Shown here one piece after another: positions 34,738-43,755 of a stretch of 64,000 nucleotides of DNA (positions are counted from its first letter, which is position 1; the number at the start of each line of letters is the position of its first letter). The stretch lies in contig OZ242029.1 in assembly GCA_965205015.1 (NCBI GenBank), forward strand, positions 2,944,001-3,008,000, in the 5' to 3' direction. Below the pieces are notes generated by a model that did no database searches, had not been told where the DNA came from, and saw only the letters and a list, made by a program, of their open reading frames with translations. The translations under genes were made by a program, and so were the position numbers. This DNA is from Candidatus Poribacteria bacterium. GTDB taxonomy: Bacteria; Poribacteria; WGA-4E; WGA-3G.

Positions 34738-36240
34738 CTATACCTCACTCCGAACGAAAATCAGGGATATTATCGCGAACAGCACCAAATTAATCATCAA
34801 CAGCAAACATAAATCCGGTAACGCTCGCTTAGCGTTGATGCCAATATCACTTCTTTTGAATGAAAACTGTGGAAGCAGGTCCCACTCAATTTCCCCCTCG
34901 GCACCAACGAACCATAGTCGGGACTCAAATATCTTTTTGTCGAGATAATAGTCAATGACTGCCTGATGATACCGTTGAATTGCGGTGAAAAAGTCTTGAA
35001 GTCCGTTTAAGTCCGTGCCTGTCCAGGCTTGGGTTGCGGCGTCATACAGACCGACGGGTGAAAACTTCAATAGCATCTGCTCCATTTTTGCGGGTTGTGT
35101 ATAAAGCGCATCCAGTGCAGGCTTTCGGACAAGCCATATCCGTTCTGCGGTGTTGGTAACTTGTGTACCAAAAAAGCGATGATAATTCTGAGCGTGTGGC
35201 ACCCGCGGTTCAGATTCCTCGTCAAGTGTTTTATAATGGAATCCAGTAGAATAGTAGTATTGTAATATTGACGAATCGTCCCGGAGACCCCGAAAAGTGT
35301 AGCCTTTACCCTGCAAACTAAATGTCCATTTTTCGCCAGGTACAGGGTCATTGGCGAGATACTGCTTCCGATCTCTATCAAAGTCCTCCCATATCTGTTT
35401 GATTTGGTTGTAAGTGGAGGTTTGCGTATCGGGATGCGGTTCAGTTTTAATCGCGGTTAGAATCATATTTGGATACACCAGCACCAAGAAACCCCAGACG
35501 AACATTGCAAGCATGAGAGCCGTGCTTGTTCGGCGAGTTGCCGCTGAAATCAGCATGCCGATCAGATAGAACAGCGATAGATAGACAAACGACGTGAAAA
35601 CAACCCCACCGATGCGCAGAAAATCATCGGTGCTCAGAAAGATAGATGCGGATGTCGTTAGCATAATGAGTGCGAGGAGAATACACATCAATAAAGGTAT
35701 CAGCAGGCATATCATCCCACTGATGTATTTAGCAAATAGGATTTGCCCGCGCCGAACAGGGTGTGTCAGCACAAGTCGTAATGTGCCGCGCTCGCGTTCC
35801 CCCGCAAGCGTATCGTAGGCAAAGACGAGTGCCAATAGGCTCAAAATTCCTTGAAAAATAAAGACGAGATCTATTGAAGAGAAGAGATTGAGAAACGGAT
35901 TATCCGCCCCATGTTTCCACGCATCCCATAGGGTAGGGACGAAAAAATAATTAACGCTAAGTGTGTTCCCCAATCGTTTGTCTAAACCGACATTAAAGAT
36001 GCTCAACGGGTTGGGCGGACGATCAATTGTTAAGCGTGCTGCTGAATAGGTTGTCTTTTCCAGCATTTCTTGCCGATGCTTTTTGACAGCGGTGTCGTAA
36101 CCCGCCAACCGCCGCTCGTAATCCCTGATAAGCACAGTCGTCGTAGCAACAACAAGCAACAGCATGATGAAAACAGCTGCAGCAAATCGGAATGTCATTA
36201 GGTTGTCGAGGAGTTCCCGGCGAATGAGTGTTGTTAGCAT
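34738..36240 (-). CDS. ABC-2 type transporter permease (type A of pair 2)
   Basis: MLTTLIRRELLDNL, FAYDTLAGERERGTLRL. Confidence 0.85.
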   Translation of the reverse strand: MLTTLIRRELLDNLMTFRFAAAVFIMLLLVVATTTVLIRDYERRLAGYDTAVKKHRQEMLEKTTYSAARLTIDRPPNPLSIFNVGLDKRLGNTLSVNYFFVPTLWDAWKHGADNPFLNLFSSIDLVFIFQGILSLLALVFAYDTLAGERERGTLRLVLTHPVRRGQILFAKYISGMICLLIPLLMCILLALIMLTTSASIFLSTDDFLRIGGVVFTSFVYLSLFYLIGMLISAATRRTSTALMLAMFVWGFLVLVYPNMILTAIKTEPHPDTQTSTYNQIKQIWEDFDRDRKQYLANDPVPGEKWTFSLQGKGYTFRGLRDDSSILQYYYSTGFHYKTLDEESEPRVPHAQNYHRFFGTQVTNTAERIWLVRKPALDALYTQPAKMEQMLLKFSPVGLYDAATQAWTGTDLNGLQDFFTAIQRYHQAVIDYYLDKKIFESRLWFVGAEGEIEWDLLPQFSFKRSDIGINAKRALPDLCLLLMINLVLFAIISLIFVRSEV

Positions 36241-36420
36241 TAATTACTCTCCAGTGTGCGCACTTACAAGACATATATCTAACAAAAAGGTGATGTGTGT
36301 TGGGTTTCGCGCGATTTCCATGTGCATCAACGCTTCATGGAAAGGCGAGATTTTTGTTATAGGGTGTGTTTGTTTTTTCGCGCTCAACCCAACCTGCGGC
36401 CGCCGTGTAAGCATATACGT

Positions 36421-39228
36421 CTACTGATTGGCGCGTTCAAAACGGAGCACACCACGATGTTCGGTGCCAACGTAGAAGGTATCTCCATCAACAACGAGAG
36501 AAGTTATAGCATCCGGAATTTCAGGCACAATTTGTTCCCACGTCCGCGTTTCCTTTTTTAAGTGATAGATGCCGTCATCATTCGCGCCATAGACAGCATC
36601 CTTCGCTGTCGCTAATGACTTAATGATTACGCTTTCACCCGCTTTACCGGTGATTGCATTCCAAACGACACCATCTTTTGAATTGAAAACCCCTTTGTCG
36701 GTCGCGACATGAACCGTTGAATCGGCAAAGACAATTTGATTGAATTGTTCAACAGGTAGCGGTAGGTTTGATGTAATGTCGTTCCAACTATCTCCGCCAT
36801 CAAACGATTGGGCGAGATGTCCATCCCGTTTACCGACGTATACGGTTTCATCCGATGTAGCAAGTTTAAAACCTCGTTCCATGTTTTCACGTGTGAGTTC
36901 GCAAGTCTCTGCTACGCCTGTATCAGACCATCTTGCGTCCCCCGGTGTCCATCGGAAGAGCTTATAATTGTACTCCATGTAGTAGGTTTCTCCACTCACG
37001 GCGAAGTTGCCGTATAAACCTTCCAACATTAAGTCGTAAGCCAGTTCATGATCGTCTTGTTCTTGATCCAACAGTTTTAAAAAGCATTCTGCACCAAACT
37101 TTGGATTTTCCCGTATTATCTGAGTTGATAAAGTCTCAACATCTGCGTCAGGATCTGTAGAGGAGGAAAAGGAAATTTGTACCTCTTGTTCCGGTATCCG
37201 ATCAGAATCGAAGGGAAATGTTGCTTTTCCAAACACGGTCCACATGAGCCTTCCTGAATCTCGGGAAGGCGGTGTCGTTCCTTCAATAGGCAGTGAATAA
37301 CCCTCAATAGCGACCAAACGATTTTTATCGGGAGCGAAACGATAATAAGCCGTCTCACAATTACGTCGAATTGCTTTTGCATACAGAACGCCATCAGCTT
37401 CGGAAATCTGAACAATCCGGGGTGTATAGTCCTTGCCTTTTACTTTTGCCTTAAACTTCGGTACTTCCGAAGTATACTTTTGCAATTCAATGTCAACAGC
37501 GGTCCACGAATTACCTGCGTCTGTTGATTTGACCATACTCCCAGCAACTGTCGCGTAAAGTGCATTTGACATTTTTGAATCTGGACTCGCTTTAAAACTG
37601 ACTAAGTTATCCACACGGCACTCAAGCCTTGTATTGAATCGGTGCCAGGTTTTACCGCCATCCGTTGAACGATGGATGCCAGCGATGCCTCCAGTGTAAA
37701 AGGTGTTTTCGTCTAAAGCTGCAGCACAGCTCACGGTAAACTGCATAGGTGTAATACCGGAAGATTCTACAGATTTCCAGGTGTCTCCACAATCAATTGA
37801 ACGAGCCACGGTCCCGTCCTCACCGTCTATCAGTAAAAGTGTTTTTCCGGAAGCAAGCAGTTTTATCGGAGGTAAGGTTGTCATAAGATTCCGTGCCTCC
37901 GTAGGCGTTATATCTGTCCAAGAATCGCCACCATCGGTTGATCGGAATACCCACCACGAATCCTTACGAATATCGCACAAATCAAAGTAATTTTCTACAG
38001 GCGTTCCTTTACCTTCCGTTATATTTACCGCAACTGCGACATAGATACGATCTTCGGACACCGCTAAAGAATATACCATCACAGTATTGTCCACCGGCAA
38101 CTTCAGGTGTTCCCAAGCTCCTGTTTTAAAGCGGTATACTCCCAGAGAGGTGCCAGCAAATAAAGTCTCTTGGCTCAATTGTAATGTATAGATTCCCGAT
38201 TTCTTTGTGAAGCGGCTGTCTAAACCGTTGTTCATGTTTATCCACGAATTTCCAGCATCGTCAGATCGGAAAATACCTTCATTCAGGACAATGTAAAAGG
38301 TATCTTCTGTAATCCGTAATTCCCTCACATGCCCGTTTGGGCAAGGGCCGATAGAATTCCAAGTTTTGCCCTCATCCGTTGAAGCAAACATTTCATCAGA
38401 TGGGATAATATAGAGCGTCCCGTTGTGTTCAGCAATGGGGATATTGCCTTTGGTCCCTTGACGTAAAAAATCCGCGTTAACAAGTTGCCATTCATTTTCG
38501 CCGAACGGTAGTTTGTAAATGTTCTCAGAACCCATCACTGCGTAGAGCATCCTATCGGACGTTTTAGTGAGTGTGCCTACTGGAACCGCTACACCGGGTT
38601 CATTCATCTGAATCCACTTCATAACATCCTCCATGAGATCGTCTGACACGTGGGAACCGCCCAAGGCCTCGCGAACCATGGGAGCTTCTTTCCTTAATCG
38701 TTTCCGGGCGCGGTGGAGTCGACTCTTGACTGTGTTCGGTGACATCTCGAGAAAGTCACCGATTTCTTCACAACTCATTTCACTCAGATAGTGAAGTGCC
38801 ACCACTGTCCGTTCAGGTGCCGTCAGTTTTTGCAGGAGATATTCAACGATATCGCGTTGTTTTTCAGTTGCTGACCTTTCAGTCTGTTCTGCCATATACT
38901 GGGTGTAAAACAGTGCCTCTACTTCTGCTTCACTCATCGCTTCTAAGGATTGCATCGGATTTCTTTTCTCCGCGAGCCATGTGAGGAAACAGCGGGTAGC
39001 AATCATATAAAGCCATCCGGAAAACCGATTTGGATTCCTCAGTGTGCCGAGTTTTTCGTAAGCTCTGAGAAAAGTATCCTGCGTGATCTCTTCGGCAGCA
39101 TGGTAATCCCTTACCCGCCGCCATACGAAGGCGTGTATCTGCTTTTCGTATTTTTTCACGAGTGCCGTGAAAGCCGCTTCGTCGCCCACCAAGATACGCT
39201 CAATCCATTTTGCGTCGTCGTTTTTCAT
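36421..39228 (-). CDS. ECF sigma factor fused to BNR/Asp-box beta-propeller (no TM)
   Basis: Start MKNDDAK at 39228 after GGAGGG; sigma2/sigma4 motifs; Asp-boxes; no hydrophobic linker. Confidence 0.9.
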   Translation of the reverse strand: MKNDDAKWIERILVGDEAAFTALVKKYEKQIHAFVWRRVRDYHAAEEITQDTFLRAYEKLGTLRNPNRFSGWLYMIATRCFLTWLAEKRNPMQSLEAMSEAEVEALFYTQYMAEQTERSATEKQRDIVEYLLQKLTAPERTVVALHYLSEMSCEEIGDFLEMSPNTVKSRLHRARKRLRKEAPMVREALGGSHVSDDLMEDVMKWIQMNEPGVAVPVGTLTKTSDRMLYAVMGSENIYKLPFGENEWQLVNADFLRQGTKGNIPIAEHNGTLYIIPSDEMFASTDEGKTWNSIGPCPNGHVRELRITEDTFYIVLNEGIFRSDDAGNSWINMNNGLDSRFTKKSGIYTLQLSQETLFAGTSLGVYRFKTGAWEHLKLPVDNTVMVYSLAVSEDRIYVAVAVNITEGKGTPVENYFDLCDIRKDSWWVFRSTDGGDSWTDITPTEARNLMTTLPPIKLLASGKTLLLIDGEDGTVARSIDCGDTWKSVESSGITPMQFTVSCAAALDENTFYTGGIAGIHRSTDGGKTWHRFNTRLECRVDNLVSFKASPDSKMSNALYATVAGSMVKSTDAGNSWTAVDIELQKYTSEVPKFKAKVKGKDYTPRIVQISEADGVLYAKAIRRNCETAYYRFAPDKNRLVAIEGYSLPIEGTTPPSRDSGRLMWTVFGKATFPFDSDRIPEQEVQISFSSSTDPDADVETLSTQIIRENPKFGAECFLKLLDQEQDDHELAYDLMLEGLYGNFAVSGETYYMEYNYKLFRWTPGDARWSDTGVAETCELTRENMERGFKLATSDETVYVGKRDGHLAQSFDGGDSWNDITSNLPLPVEQFNQIVFADSTVHVATDKGVFNSKDGVVWNAITGKAGESVIIKSLATAKDAVYGANDDGIYHLKKETRTWEQIVPEIPDAITSLVVDGDTFYVGTEHRGVLRFERANQ

Positions 39229-39264
39229 GTGTTCCCTCCAATTCATAACAGTGGCTTGTGACCT

Positions 39265-39293
39265 ATGACAGATATTATAGGGGCGCGGGTTGC
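39265..39293 (-). promoter_or_regulatory. Candidate ECF-type promoter
   Basis: GCAACC-17 nt-TGTCAT; conserved at 42112-42140. Confidence 0.55.
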
Positions 39294-39348
39294 AAATTCG
39301 TAATTTTGTGTCTCAAATGTTTTGAAAAGTTTCTTCAGAAGGATATGC

Positions 39349-42075
39349 CTATCTTCTGGTCCGTTCAACCCATAGCACGCCACGATGTTCGGTGCCGACG
39401 TAAAATGTATCCTCATCAACAACGAGGGAAGTTACGACACCTGAAATTTCTGGGGCGACTTGCTCCAAAGTGCTTGTATCACTTTTTAGGGAATAGATGC
39501 CTTCATCGTTAGCACCGTAAACGGAATCCCCTATTGTAGATAACGACTTGATAATAATAGGTTCTCCTGTCTCATCGACAAGGACATTCCAGACAACGCC
39601 ATCTTTTGAATAACAAACCCCTTTATCCGTCGCGATGTAGACGGTTGAACCTGCAAAAACTATCTCTTTGAAATGCTCGATAGAGAAGGGGAGATTTGGT
39701 GTGACATCATTCCAAATGTCTCCACCATCAAGTGATTGCAACAGGTGACTATCCCGCTTACCAACATAGATGGTTTCGTCCAATGCAGCGATTTTAAAAC
39801 CTCTCCATAACGTCTCACGCGAGAGTTCACCGGTTTCCTCTACACCAGTACCGTGCCATTCCGGGTCTCCAGGTTTCCATCGGAAGAGTTTGTAGTTGTA
39901 CTCCGCATAGAACGTTTCATCACTGATAGCGAAGCTTCCGCTTAACCCTGCTTGAACCATTTCATACGCCAACTGAGCGTCTATTTCTACTAATCGCTGG
40001 AAGAAGAGATCTGCCCCAAAAACTGGATTTTCAAACAGCGGTCTTCCGGTCAATGAATCTGTCTCAAAGACTGGAATCTTTCCTCTGATTCTATTTAACG
40101 CATGGTTGAATAGTTCGCGTGAATCAAAAGAAGGCGGCATCCCCTCAGGGCGGCTTAAGACACTGCCATTATCGGACAATCGAAAAATCAAAACTTCAGA
40201 CTTTCTCCGATTTACTTTGGCATAGAGAATGCTATCAGTCCCTGCTATCTGCACGACCTCCAAAGTTGTCTCCCTATATCCACTGTTTGGTAGGACCATC
40301 TCTATGTCAACAGCATTCCAGGATACCCCTCTATCGGTTGACTTGACGACATCTCCACCGATCCTATCCACCGATTTTGCAATTTCCCTTCCAACCCTTG
40401 CATAAAGGACAGTGGGTGTCCCCAGAACTCGATTCGTCATGAAACCGACTAAATTATCGACTCGACTCTCCAACCGTGTATTAAATCGGTGCCACATTTT
40501 ACCACTATCGCTCGAACGGTGGACCCCACTGTTTCCGGCTGTATAAAACGTGTTTTCGTCCAGCACTAACGTCTTTCTCACGCTGGACCACGTAGCGGAA
40601 ATACCTATAGATTGTAAGGGAGTCCATGTGTCTCCTTTGTCCATTGAACGTACCATCGTCCCATCCTCTTTTCCGATCGCTAAGAGGGTCTTCCCGGTAG
40701 TCATCAGCGTTATATCCGGACGCAAGCCTATCAGTTTCCAAGCGTTCATGGGTGTTACGTCTGTCCATGAATCTCCACCATCGGTTGATCGGAAAATCCA
40801 CCATGAACGTTTTTCACCTTGCCACAGTTGCTCCCACATCCCTTCGGGTGCTCCATAGAATCTTAAAAAATTTACGGATGCCGCAACATAAATCTGGTCC
40901 TCATACACCGCGAGAGAGCCGACATGTACAATGTCATCCACTGGCAGTTGTAGGTACTTCCAAATTCCCTCATCAAGGCGATAGAGTCCGATATCTGTCA
41001 TTACAAACAGAGTGTCTTGACTGACTCGTAATGAATGCACCCCAGAATGGTCTGCTAAGCGACTGTCCAAACCATTATTCATAGACTCCCACGAATTGCC
41101 AGCATCATCGGACCGAAATATACCATGACCAAGGCAGAGGTAAAAGGCATCTTCCGTTATTATAAGTTCTCGCGTATAACCTTTTGGACAGGGACCAACA
41201 AATTCCCATGTTAGACCTCCGTCGGTTGACGCGAACAATTCATCAGATGGAATAATATAAAGTATACCATCCCGCTCGGCTATAGGTATTTCGCCGCGAG
41301 TCTTCTGACGCAGGAGATCAGCATTTACAAGTTGCCATGCCTCTTCACCCATTGGTAATTTGTAGATACTTTCGTCCTCCACAACAACATAAAGGGTCTT
41401 TTCCGAAGTTGCAGACAAGGTTCCTACTGATCCCGCTACACCGGGTTCATTTACCTGCGTCCATGTCATGATGTCCTCCATGAGATTGTCTGTGTGTTGG
41501 AAACCTCTTAAGGTCTCGTGAACCACAGGTGCTTCCTTCTTCAGCCGCTTCCGAGCGCGATGGAGTTGGCTCTTAACCGTGTTCGGGGACACCTCCAGAA
41601 AATCGCCAATCTCTTCACATGTCATCTCACTCAGGTAGTGAAGCACCACCGTTGTCCGTTCACGTGCTGGTAATTTTTGAAGGAGATACGCAATCACTTC
41701 GCGTTGTTGTTCTGTTGCCAATTTTTCAGTCTGTGCCGCCATATATTGGGCGTAGAACAGTGCTTCTACTTCTGCTTCACTCATCGCCTCTAAGGATTGC
41801 ATCGGGATTCTTTTCTCTCCGAGCCATGTGAGAGAACAACGAGTCGCAATCATATAAAGCCAGCCTGAAAATCGGTCTGGATTTCTCAGGGTACCAAGTT
41901 TTTCGTAAGTCTTGAGAAAAGTGTCCTGCGTGATCTCTTCGGCAGCGTGATAATCCCTTACCCGCCGCCATACGAAGGCGTGTATCTGCTTTTCGTATTT
42001 TTTCACGAGCGCCGTGAAAGCCGCTTCGTCGCCAGCCAAGATACGTTCAATCCATTTCGCATCCTCATTTTTCAT
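39349..42075 (-). CDS. ECF sigma factor fused to BNR/Asp-box beta-propeller (no TM)
   Basis: Close paralogue of 36421-39228 in the sigma domain; Asp-boxes. Confidence 0.9.
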   Translation of the reverse strand: MKNEDAKWIERILAGDEAAFTALVKKYEKQIHAFVWRRVRDYHAAEEITQDTFLKTYEKLGTLRNPDRFSGWLYMIATRCSLTWLGEKRIPMQSLEAMSEAEVEALFYAQYMAAQTEKLATEQQREVIAYLLQKLPARERTTVVLHYLSEMTCEEIGDFLEVSPNTVKSQLHRARKRLKKEAPVVHETLRGFQHTDNLMEDIMTWTQVNEPGVAGSVGTLSATSEKTLYVVVEDESIYKLPMGEEAWQLVNADLLRQKTRGEIPIAERDGILYIIPSDELFASTDGGLTWEFVGPCPKGYTRELIITEDAFYLCLGHGIFRSDDAGNSWESMNNGLDSRLADHSGVHSLRVSQDTLFVMTDIGLYRLDEGIWKYLQLPVDDIVHVGSLAVYEDQIYVAASVNFLRFYGAPEGMWEQLWQGEKRSWWIFRSTDGGDSWTDVTPMNAWKLIGLRPDITLMTTGKTLLAIGKEDGTMVRSMDKGDTWTPLQSIGISATWSSVRKTLVLDENTFYTAGNSGVHRSSDSGKMWHRFNTRLESRVDNLVGFMTNRVLGTPTVLYARVGREIAKSVDRIGGDVVKSTDRGVSWNAVDIEMVLPNSGYRETTLEVVQIAGTDSILYAKVNRRKSEVLIFRLSDNGSVLSRPEGMPPSFDSRELFNHALNRIRGKIPVFETDSLTGRPLFENPVFGADLFFQRLVEIDAQLAYEMVQAGLSGSFAISDETFYAEYNYKLFRWKPGDPEWHGTGVEETGELSRETLWRGFKIAALDETIYVGKRDSHLLQSLDGGDIWNDVTPNLPFSIEHFKEIVFAGSTVYIATDKGVCYSKDGVVWNVLVDETGEPIIIKSLSTIGDSVYGANDEGIYSLKSDTSTLEQVAPEISGVVTSLVVDEDTFYVGTEHRGVLWVERTRR

Positions 42076-42111
42076 GCATTCCCTCCAATCAACAACATTG
42101 GCTTATGACAC

Positions 42112-42140
42112 GTGACAGATATTATAGGCGAGAGGGTTGC
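42112..42140 (-). promoter_or_regulatory. Candidate ECF-type promoter
   Basis: GCAACC-17 nt-TGTCAC within an upstream block duplicated at 39229-39307. Confidence 0.55.
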
Positions 42141-42325
42141 AAATTCGTAATTTTATAACTTTGGTTCAGTAAATTTCGGTTATAAAGAAGGGCGTTTTCA
42201 GCGGAAAGGTTTAAAACGAAAGTTCAGGTTTCAGAGGATGTAAGGGACATCCAATACGCTCACACGCAGATTTTTTAAAATTGTCCAAACTATAGTGGTA
42301 TTTAGAGACAAAAGATTCACCTATG

Positions 42326-43753
42326 CTAAACCTCAACACGGACAAAGGCGAGATACGCTCCAGATAGCAGGACTATGACGAACAGGGATAGCAACAAAAG
42401 ATCGACTGCCGCTGTGTTGAAGTCCTTACTAAAACTCAAGGTGTCTTCAAATTTTGGGATCGCCTCTAACGGGACCGGTTTCTGTGACATCCCTGCACGG
42501 ACCCCAAAGATATGAAGACTCTCCGGATCGGCTTGATCGGTGTCAACGATGAAAATCCGATATTGTTGGGCATAGGATTTAACGTTCTCTAAAAATTGCA
42601 AATGCCGCTCAAACCCCGTTCCGGCAAAGGCTTCAAGGAGGTGCTGGAAAATGGTGACGGGTGAAATCTGGGTGATCGCACGCGCCCGGTGGACCTGAGA
42701 AATTCGCTGTTTTAGGCGTTCCTCGTGCAGGCGTTCCTGCTGTGCTGCGTCTTTGGTGGCGTACTCGCCTGCCACTTGTAATATTTGGATTTGGGTTAAA
42801 CTCTTATCTGAACCATACCGAAGTGTGTCGTATTCGCGCTCAAGTTCCTCCTCAAGTTGCGCACTGCGTTCAGAAAATCCAAGCGCAGCCGTTGGTGGTG
42901 TGGAACGTCCAGCAATCGAAACGAGTGTACTGGGCATAAAAACGACAAAGGTGACCCAAACCAAGAGGAGTATCACGAGACTCACCGCGCTCCGTTGCAC
43001 ACGTGCCGAAACGAGCAGCCCCAACGCCAGAAACAGACTTATGTAGAGGAGCGTGATCAAGAAAATAAGACATAGACGTTCCCAAGCCTCCGCACCGAGG
43101 TGCACATCGCTCGACGTGGAAATGACTAAGAGGTTCAGCAAAACTGCCAGCGTGAAAGGAATGTTTATACTGATTAATGCCCCTAAAAACTTGCCAATCA
43201 GGACGGTGTGCCGCGGAATCGAGTTCGCGAACATCAATCGGAGTGTGCCTTGCTCGCGCTCGTGGGAAATCGAATCGAAGGTAAATAGGAGCGCGATGAG
43301 GCTTAAGACATAACCGATGATAAAACCCCAATCCACTTTGGTGACATTTGGGCGAACGTTATGCAAATCGGGGGTAGCCGAATGATATGCCAGAATCCAA
43401 AAACTTTCTAAGCGCGGTTCATCTCCTCTCCCCCAACGACTGTAACCCCCCTCCACGTTCCTTGGCAAAAAGGTCTCGCCGCCTTCCGCACAGAAACGGA
43501 GATTAGAGGGCTGTTTGTAAAGATATCCGGGTCCCTTCTCCGCGAGTTTATACAGACTGTCCTCGGCATAATTTGCTAAGCGGTTCTGATGTCTGGTAAC
43601 ACCATTGTGATAGTTCTGGACGCGTTTTGGGTGTTCTCGGAGATGCACAATCGCATTGGTCAGCATCAAGCCCAGCAACAACACCGTCGCCAGTGCAAAT
43701 CGGAGGCTATTGAGGTTATCGTAAAGTTCGCGTTTTGTAATGTGTAATATCAT
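42326..43753 (-). CDS. ABC-2 type transporter permease (type B of pair 3)
   Basis: MILHITKRELYDN, FTFDSISHEREQGTLRL. Confidence 0.85.
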   Translation of the reverse strand: MILHITKRELYDNLNSLRFALATVLLLGLMLTNAIVHLREHPKRVQNYHNGVTRHQNRLANYAEDSLYKLAEKGPGYLYKQPSNLRFCAEGGETFLPRNVEGGYSRWGRGDEPRLESFWILAYHSATPDLHNVRPNVTKVDWGFIIGYVLSLIALLFTFDSISHEREQGTLRLMFANSIPRHTVLIGKFLGALISINIPFTLAVLLNLLVISTSSDVHLGAEAWERLCLIFLITLLYISLFLALGLLVSARVQRSAVSLVILLLVWVTFVVFMPSTLVSIAGRSTPPTAALGFSERSAQLEEELEREYDTLRYGSDKSLTQIQILQVAGEYATKDAAQQERLHEERLKQRISQVHRARAITQISPVTIFQHLLEAFAGTGFERHLQFLENVKSYAQQYRIFIVDTDQADPESLHIFGVRAGMSQKPVPLEAIPKFEDTLSFSKDFNTAAVDLLLLSLFVIVLLSGAYLAFVRVEV

Positions 43754-43755
43754 GT

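Noticed and set aside
29992-42075. Diversity-generating retroelement acting on the paralogous genes
   Set aside because: No reverse transcriptase in the window, and differences between repeats are not confined to adenines
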